Part shown: in pieces, positions 58,259 to 64,000 of the stretch
Numbering within the stretch: position 1 is the first letter of the stretch
Layout of the letters: each line of letters starts with the position of its first letter
NCBI GenBank assembly: GCA_963749495.1
Contig: CAVVMW010000021.1
Span: 32,001 to 96,000 of the forward strand
Source: an uncultured bacterium
GTDB lineage: Bacteria; Verrucomicrobiota; Verrucomicrobiia; Limisphaerales; UBA8199
DNA: 64,000 bases
Direction: 5' to 3'
Translations under genes and position numbers: made by a program
Notes under the pieces: generated by a model
Seen by the model: the letters and a program-made list of their open reading frames with translations, nothing else
Databases searched by the model: none
Told to the model about the DNA's origin: nothing

Positions 58259-58465
58259 ATGAAAAAGACCCAACGAAAAGAGATTCAGGAAAAGACCCTG
58301 GCCGAGGCGCTGGCGGACGACCGGAACTTGCGCCAGGAGAGGTTCAACCTGCGTTTGCAGCAGGCCAGCGCGCAGCTCGAGAAGCCCGCCCGCCTGCACA
58401 TCCTGCGCCGCAATATCGCCCGTATCCAAACCCACATCTCGAAGCTCCGCAACAAACCGGCTTAG
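58259..58465 (+). CDS. rpmC: 50S ribosomal protein L29
   Basis: E.FNLR.Q....QLE.P......RR.IAR..T; position in the operon. Confidence 0.93.
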   Translation: MKKTQRKEIQEKTLAEALADDRNLRQERFNLRLQQASAQLEKPARLHILRRNIARIQTHISKLRNKPA

Positions 58466-58472
58466 CCTCTCT

Positions 58473-58796
58473 ATGGTCGACACTCCTTCCACCACGCCCG
58501 CCCCCGCTCCGGCCCCGGCCCCCGCCCGCGGCAAGCGCAAGGAACGCGTCGGCGAGGTGATCTCCAACCGCATGGCCAAGACCATCATCGTCCGCGTCGA
58601 GCGCCGTTTCCCCCACCCCAAGTTCAAGAAGGTCATCACCGGCTATAAGAAGTTCTGCGCCCACGACGAGACGGGCCAGGCCAAGGTGGGCGACCGGGTG
58701 CGCATCGAGGAGACCCGGCCGCTCTCCAAGACCAAACGCTGGCGCCTGGTGGCGGTCGAGCACCGGAGCCCCGGTGTCACCCCGGTCACCGCTTGA
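58473..58796 (+). CDS. rpsQ: 30S ribosomal protein S17
   Basis: G.V.S..M.KT..V.VER...HP...[20 protein letters not shown]. Confidence 0.97.
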   Translation: MVDTPSTTPAPAPAPAPARGKRKERVGEVISNRMAKTIIVRVERRFPHPKFKKVITGYKKFCAHDETGQAKVGDRVRIEETRPLSKTKRWRLVAVEHRSPGVTPVTA

Positions 58797-58854
58797 TCCC
58801 TATGTCCCAGCCGTCCCAATGAACTGATCGCCCGGCCATCCGGCGCTTCGATTT

Positions 58855-59220
58855 ATGTTACAGATACGTTCCATCCTCGATGTGGCTGACAACACCGGCG
58901 CCAAGCGCGCGGCAGCCATCGGTGTCCTCGGCCGCAACCAGCGCTACGCCCGTATTGGCGACATCATCAAGGCGCACATCAAGGAGGCCGCCCCCGACGG
59001 CACGGTCAAGAAAGGCGAGGTTGTGGACGCTGTGGTGGTGCGCACCCGCCAGACCATCCGGCGCAACGACGGCTCGTGCCTGCGTTTCGACAGCAACGCC
59101 ATCGTCATCATCGACAAGGAATTGAACCCGCGCGGCACCCGCATCTTCGGGCCCGTGGCGCGCGAGTTGCGCGACAAGAAGTTCATGAAAATCGTCTCCC
59201 TGGCGCCCGAGGTCATCTGA
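58855..59220 (+). CDS. rplN: 50S ribosomal protein L14
   Basis: [32 protein letters not shown]. Confidence 0.98.
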   Translation: MLQIRSILDVADNTGAKRAAAIGVLGRNQRYARIGDIIKAHIKEAAPDGTVKKGEVVDAVVVRTRQTIRRNDGSCLRFDSNAIVIIDKELNPRGTRIFGPVARELRDKKFMKIVSLAPEVI

Positions 59221-59243
59221 TCCACACTGCTCTACCCGTAACC

Positions 59244-59534
59244 ATGCACAGCGCTCACGTCAAAAAGAACGATGAAGTGGTGATCCTGGCCGGCGCCGAC
59301 AAAGGCAAGCGCGGCCGCATCATCGCCGTCCTGGGCAAGAAACAGCGGGTCATCGTCGAGGGTGCCCGGATGATCAAGCGCCACACGCGCAAGAACCCCG
59401 CCAATCCCCAAGGCAAGATCATCGAACGCGAAGGCACCATTCACATCTCCAATGTCATGAAAGCGGAGGCCTACGACGCCCGGGCCGCCAAACGCGCCGC
59501 CGGCCCGCAGGCCGCCCCGGCCCCGACCCAATGA
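59244..59534 (+). CDS. rplX: 50S ribosomal protein L24
   Basis: KK.D.V....G.DKGK.G, V.VEG, E..IH.SNV. Confidence 0.96.
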   Translation: MHSAHVKKNDEVVILAGADKGKRGRIIAVLGKKQRVIVEGARMIKRHTRKNPANPQGKIIEREGTIHISNVMKAEAYDARAAKRAAGPQAAPAPTQ

Positions 59535-60085
59535 AAGCCAGACTTTACGAAAAATACGTCAAGGACGTGATGCCCGCCCTCAAGGACAGGCACCACTACA
59601 CCAACCCGCACCAGGTGCCGCGCCTGAACAAGATCGTCGTCAACATGGGCGTCAGCGCCTCGCTGGAGAAGAGCGCCATTGACGATGCCGCCAAGGACCT
59701 GGCCCTGATCACCGGCCGCAAGGCCGCCGTCAGCCAGTCCCGCCACAGCATCGCCAATTTCAAGCTCCGCCAGGGCCAGCCCATCGGCTGCCACGTCACC
59801 CTCCGCCGCGACGCCATGTACGAGTTCTTCGACCGCCTCATCGCCACCGCCCTGCCTCGCATCCGCGACTTCCGCGGGCTCTCCACCCGCTCCTTCGATG
59901 GCCGGGGCAACTACTCGCTGGGCGTCGCCGACCAGACCATTTTCCCGGAAATCGACCTGGACAAGATCAAGCGCCAGCAGGGCATGGACATTACCATCGT
60001 CACCACCGCCCGCTCGAACGCCGAGGCGCTCGATCTGCTCAAACTCATGGGCATGCCCTTCGCCGAAGCGGCTAAGACCAAGTAA
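59531..60085 (+). CDS. rplE: 50S ribosomal protein L5
   Basis: [41 protein letters not shown]. Confidence 0.98.
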   Translation: MKARLYEKYVKDVMPALKDRHHYTNPHQVPRLNKIVVNMGVSASLEKSAIDDAAKDLALITGRKAAVSQSRHSIANFKLRQGQPIGCHVTLRRDAMYEFFDRLIATALPRIRDFRGLSTRSFDGRGNYSLGVADQTIFPEIDLDKIKRQQGMDITIVTTARSNAEALDLLKLMGMPFAEAAKTK

Positions 60086-60123
60086 GGGCACAACGAAGAG
60101 CCGCACTTTCCTATTCTGATTTT

Positions 60124-60393
60124 ATGGCAAAGATGTCCTGGATTGAACGCAACAAGCGGAAGGCCGCGACAGTGAAGAAGTATGCGGCCATTCGGGCCGA
60201 ATTGAAGGCCAGGCGCGACTACGCGGGCCTGGCCAAGCTGCCGCGCGACGCCAACCCGGTGCGCGTGGTCAACCGCTGTTCCATGACCGGCCGCCGCCAC
60301 GGCTACCTGCGCAAGTTCGGCTGCTCCCGCCTGACTTTCCGCGAGGCCGCCCTGAGCGGCCTCATCCCAGGCATCACCAAGGCCAGTTGGTAA
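60124..60393 (+). CDS. rpsN: 30S ribosomal protein S14 (long form lacking the full Cys4 Zn motif)
   Basis: LP.......R..NRC..TGR..G..RKFG.SR..FRE.A..G.IPG..KASW. Confidence 0.96.
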   Translation: MAKMSWIERNKRKAATVKKYAAIRAELKARRDYAGLAKLPRDANPVRVVNRCSMTGRRHGYLRKFGCSRLTFREAALSGLIPGITKASW

Positions 60394-60398
60394 TCCCT

Positions 60399-60785
60399 AT
60401 GAACGACCCGATTTCCGACATGTTGGCCCGCATCCGCAACGCCAACCGCGCGCTGCTGCCCGCCATCGAGCTGCCCCACTCCAGAATGAAGGAGAGCATC
60501 GCCGCCATCCTTAAGAGCGAGGGCTACATCGCAGGCTTCTCGGTCGAAGGCCAGGGGATGCGCCGCATCAAGCTCCTGCTCAAGTACCAGGGCAAGAAAA
60601 GCGTCATCGAGGGCCTCCGCCGGGTCAGCACCCCGGGCCTGCGCCGCTACGTCGGCGCCGCCGACATCCCCCGCGTCCGCGGCGGTCTGGGCGTGGCCGT
60701 TGTCTCGACCTCCGAGGGTTTGATGACCGGCAACCAGGCCCGCAAGAAGAAGCTCGGGGGCGAACTGCTTTGTTACATCTGGTGA
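60399..60785 (+). CDS. rpsH: 30S ribosomal protein S8
   Basis: DPI.DML.RIRNA, R.S.PG.R.Y, GGE.LC..W. Confidence 0.98.
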   Translation: MNDPISDMLARIRNANRALLPAIELPHSRMKESIAAILKSEGYIAGFSVEGQGMRRIKLLLKYQGKKSVIEGLRRVSTPGLRRYVGAADIPRVRGGLGVAVVSTSEGLMTGNQARKKKLGGELLCYIW

Positions 60786-60812
60786 GACCGGAATTCTTTT
60801 CGATTTGATTTT

Positions 60813-61349
60813 ATGTCCCGCATTGGAAAACAACCGATTGCCATCCCGCCCAAGGTGAAAGTCGAGGTCGCCGGCCGGCAGGTCTCCGTCGAGGGGCCCA
60901 AGGGCAAGCTCCGGTGGGAATTGCCCCGGCGCACCAGCCTCAAGGTCCAGGAGGACAAGATCCTCGTCAGCCGGGAAGGCGACGACGCCCAGGCCAAGGC
61001 CCTGCACGGCCTGAGCCGGGCGCTGGTCAACAACATGGTGCGCGGCGTCACCGACGGCTTCGTCAAGAAGCTGGAAATCCAGGGCGTCGGCTTCAAGGCC
61101 GCTGTCCAGGGCAAGAACGTCACCCTCAGCCTGGGCTACTCGCACCCGATCGTCTTTCCCATCCCCGATCAGATCAAGGTGACCGTGGACGAGAATACCA
61201 AGATCACCGTCGAGGGGCCGGACCGGCAGGTGGTCGGCCAGGTCGCCGCCGAATTGCGCAGCTTTTACCCGCCCGAGCCTTACAAGGGCAAGGGCGTGCG
61301 CTATGTCGGTGAACGGGTCATCCGCAAGGAAGGCAAGACTGTCCAATGA
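60813..61349 (+). CDS. rplF: 50S ribosomal protein L6
   Basis: [30 protein letters not shown]. Confidence 0.98.
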   Translation: MSRIGKQPIAIPPKVKVEVAGRQVSVEGPKGKLRWELPRRTSLKVQEDKILVSREGDDAQAKALHGLSRALVNNMVRGVTDGFVKKLEIQGVGFKAAVQGKNVTLSLGYSHPIVFPIPDQIKVTVDENTKITVEGPDRQVVGQVAAELRSFYPPEPYKGKGVRYVGERVIRKEGKTVQ

Positions 61350-61711
61350 GAACCGAGAAGAAACAGAAGCTGGCCCGGAAACGCCACTGGCGGGTGCGCC
61401 AGAAGGTCAGCGGCACCAAGGAGCGGCCCCGCATGGCGGTGTGCTTTACGAACAAGAACATCCACGTCCAGTTCATCGATGATGTGGCCAGGGTGACCTT
61501 GGCCTCGGCCTCGACGACCAGCAAGGCGACGCCGGATCGGGACAAACTGGGCGCCAACGCGGCCAGCGCCAAGGTCGTCGGCGCCCTGGCGGCCCAGGTG
61601 GCCCTGGCCAAGGGGATCAAGCAGGTCATCTTCGACCGCGGCGGCGCGCGTTACCACGGCAAGGTCAAGGCCCTGGCGGATGCCGCCCGCGAGGCGGGTC
61701 TGCAGTTTTAA
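61346..61711 (+). CDS. rplR: 50S ribosomal protein L18
   Basis: [27 protein letters not shown]. Confidence 0.98.
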   Translation: MRTEKKQKLARKRHWRVRQKVSGTKERPRMAVCFTNKNIHVQFIDDVARVTLASASTTSKATPDRDKLGANAASAKVVGALAAQVALAKGIKQVIFDRGGARYHGKVKALADAAREAGLQF

Positions 61712-61735
61712 TCAACGTTAACCCAGAGAGATATT

Positions 61736-62386
61736 GTGGCTGAAACCAACAAGACTCAGAGCGGCGGCACTCAACGTGGCCCGCGCGGGCCCGGGCGCGG
61801 ACGGCGCTCCCGGCCGGAGCCTGAAATCACGCTGGACGAGCAGAGTGGGCAGGAGTTGATCGAGAAGGTGGTGTTCATCAACCGCTCGGCCAAGGTGGTC
61901 AAGGGCGGGCGGCGGTTCAATTTCAGCGCCCTCATCGTGGTGGGCGACCGGCACGGTCGTGTGGGCGTGGGGCTTGGCAAGGCCGGCGAGGTGGCCGATG
62001 CCATCCGCAAGGGGGGTGACTTGGCCCGCTCGCAAATGGTGGGCGTGTCCCTCAAGGACGCCACCATACCCCATGAAGTGCTCTACCACTATGGCGGGGC
62101 CAAGGTGCTGCTGCGGCCCGCCTCTCCCGGCACCGGCATCATCGCCGGCAAGACCGTCCGCGCCGTCCTGGAGTCCGCCGGCGTCAAAGACGTGCTCAGC
62201 AAATCCCTCGGCTCCAAGAACGCTGCCAACGTCGTCAAGGCCACCCTCCACGCCCTGCTCAGCCTGCGCCTGCGCGAAGACATCTACAAAGGCCGCGGCC
62301 TGGAAATCAAAAAAGTCCCCCCGCCCCAGCCGCCCCAGGCCATGCCCCTGCCAGAGCCGCCCACGCTCCCATCCACACCGGAATAA
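61736..62386 (+). CDS. rpsE: 30S ribosomal protein S5
   Basis: INR..KVVKGGR.F.F.AL.VVGD, PA..GTG.IAG, KS.GS.N..N. Confidence 0.98.
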   Translation: MAETNKTQSGGTQRGPRGPGRGRRSRPEPEITLDEQSGQELIEKVVFINRSAKVVKGGRRFNFSALIVVGDRHGRVGVGLGKAGEVADAIRKGGDLARSQMVGVSLKDATIPHEVLYHYGGAKVLLRPASPGTGIIAGKTVRAVLESAGVKDVLSKSLGSKNAANVVKATLHALLSLRLREDIYKGRGLEIKKVPPPQPPQAMPLPEPPTLPSTPE

Positions 62387-62410
62387 CCCTCGGCCCCAGA
62401 CCAGTTCTCT

Positions 62411-62938
62411 ATGCGATTACACGACCTCAAACCTCGGCCCGGCGCCCGGCACCGGGTCAAACGCCTGGGCCAGGGCGAATCCAGCGGCCACGGCAAGACC
62501 AGCGGGCGCGGCGGCAAAGGCCAGACCGCCCGCTCCGGCAGCTCCATCCGCATCGGGTTCGAAGGCGGCCAAATGCCGTTCATTCGCCGCATCCCCAAGC
62601 GCGGCTTCAACAACGCCCGCCATACCACCCGCTACCTGCCCGTCAATCTCGACGCGCTCAACCGCTTCGAGGAGGGCGCCCGCGTTGACGAGGACGCCCT
62701 GCGCAGCCTCGGCCTGGCCAATGGCCGCAGCGCCGGCATCAAGATCCTCGGCAACGGCGAGGTTACCCGCAAACTGACCGTCAGCGCCCATGCCTTCAGC
62801 GCCTCCGCCCGCGCCAAGATCCAGGCCAAGGGCGGCACCTGCGAGGTCATCGCGCGCAAACACCACGGGGCAGCCGTCCCGCCCGCGCCGTCAGCCGCCC
62901 CTGAACCGCCCAAGACCAAACCGGATCAGAAGGTTTAG
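62411..62938 (+). CDS. rplO: 50S ribosomal protein L15
   Basis: SG.GKTSGRG.KGQ.ARSG, GFEGGQMP..RR.PKRGF.N, KILG.G. Confidence 0.98.
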   Translation: MRLHDLKPRPGARHRVKRLGQGESSGHGKTSGRGGKGQTARSGSSIRIGFEGGQMPFIRRIPKRGFNNARHTTRYLPVNLDALNRFEEGARVDEDALRSLGLANGRSAGIKILGNGEVTRKLTVSAHAFSASARAKIQAKGGTCEVIARKHHGAAVPPAPSAAPEPPKTKPDQKV

Positions 62939-62963
62939 TCCTCCGCATGAGCCGTCCAACTCT

Positions 62964-63100
62964 CCATGAACCGACCCCAAGCCTGGAAGGTTTTGGACTG
63001 CGGCAGTCCTCTGCCGCTTTCGTGTCCCCAGGGTCCAAAAAGCGGCAGCGGACTGCCGCACTCCAAAACGCTTCGCGCCGGGCGACGCCCGTCCGGTCCC
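62964..63100. repeat. REP/MITE-like family A copy between rplO and secY
   Basis: Inverted near-copy of 4135-4265. Confidence 0.85.
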
Positions 63101-63143
63101 CCCGCACTCGCCCCCAGGCCGCGCCCCTAGACCCTACCCGACC

Positions 63144-64000
63144 ATGCTAGCCGCCATTGCCAATACATTCAGTAACTGCTTTAAGATCCCCGAGCTCAAG
63201 TCCAGGATCCTCTTTACCTTGATGGTCCTGGCCATCTGCCGGTTGGAGGCCGCCATCCGCGTTCCGGGCCTGGATGGCCGGACCCTGACCGACTTCTTCA
63301 ACACCAAGGCCGGCCAGGCCGCCGGCAACTCCGTGCTGGGCCTCTATAGCATGTTCACCGGCGGCGCCCTGGAGCATTGCGCCATCGGCGCCCTGGGCAT
63401 CATGCCCTACATCAGCGCCACCATTATCATCCAACTCCTGACTGCGGTCTGGCCGCAGCTCTCCAAGCTGGCCCGCGAAGAAGGCGGGCGCACCAAGCTC
63501 GTCCAATATGGCCGTTACCTGACGGTCGTGCTCTGCTTGGGACAGGGTTTTGTGATGGCCCTGGGCTGGGAGCACCCCGACAGCATCTTCGGGGCGAACA
63601 TCGGGCGGTTGGTGATGTTCAGCGATGCGCACATTTGGTTCTATCGCCTTCAGACCACGCTCATCGTGACCACGGGCACGATGCTGCTGATGTGGTTGGG
63701 CGAGCAGATCACCGACCGCGGCATCGGCAACGGGGTCTCGCTGGTCATCACCATCGGCATCCTGGCCCGGTTGCCTCAGGCCATCATATCCCTCCGGGAC
63801 ATGTTCTTCCCCAAGATCGTCCAGGCGGAGTTCAACCTCGGTCATGCCGCCGCGCTGCTCCTGCTCCTGGTGGGCGTCATTGCCGGGGTCATCGCCATCA
63901 CCCAGGCCCAGCGGAAGGTCCCTGTTCAATACGCCCAGCGGGCGGTCGGGCGCAAGATCTTCCAGGGCACCACCTCGTTCATGCCCCTGCGCGTCAATTA
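63144..64000 (+). CDS. secY: Preprotein translocase subunit SecY (5' part; runs off the window)
   Basis: F.IPELK.RILFTL, ALGIMPYISATII.QLL, WLGEQIT.RGIGNG.SL.I, R..PVQYA.R. Confidence 0.97.
   Translation, partial: MLAAIANTFSNCFKIPELKSRILFTLMVLAICRLEAAIRVPGLDGRTLTDFFNTKAGQAAGNSVLGLYSMFTGGALEHCAIGALGIMPYISATIIIQLLTAVWPQLSKLAREEGGRTKLVQYGRYLTVVLCLGQGFVMALGWEHPDSIFGANIGRLVMFSDAHIWFYRLQTTLIVTTGTMLLMWLGEQITDRGIGNGVSLVITIGILARLPQAIISLRDMFFPKIVQAEFNLGHAAALLLLLVGVIAGVIAITQAQRKVPVQYAQRAVGRKIFQGTTSFMPLRVN

Overview
GC-rich bacterial chromosome segment. A Verrucomicrobiota origin (subdivision 3/Pedosphaera-like) is inferred from the prepilin-type DUF1559-like paralogues, the DUF1553-DUF1501-PPC cassette and the RRM proteins. 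The first 53 kb is accessory and metabolic DNA: a GH106-like glycosidase, oxidoreductases, two toxin-antitoxin-like pairs, a sodium:solute symporter, a lexA plus DinB-DnaE double-polymerase fusion cassette, an Aas-like enzyme, a cluster of RRM/infA/rpsU genes, a radical SAM enzyme and an RqlH/RqlI-like helicase-DprA pair. The last 11 kb is the S10-spc ribosomal protein operon (rpsJ to secY, no rpmD). The window is unusually rich in non-coding palindromes, MITE-like elements and 7-nt-periodic arrays. Top observations: (i) a 7-nt-periodic composite element that flanks the SOS polymerase cassette and sits in-frame inside the polymerase three times, with a 48-bp hairpin at the DinB/DnaE junction; (ii) four-helix-bundle and GxxExxY genes bracketed by inverted short repeats, like mobile cassettes; (iii) a shared structured leader upstream of two RRM genes. 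Three single-base frameshifts, one in essential rpsC, suggest assembly errors, so fine frame-level claims need read-level checks.
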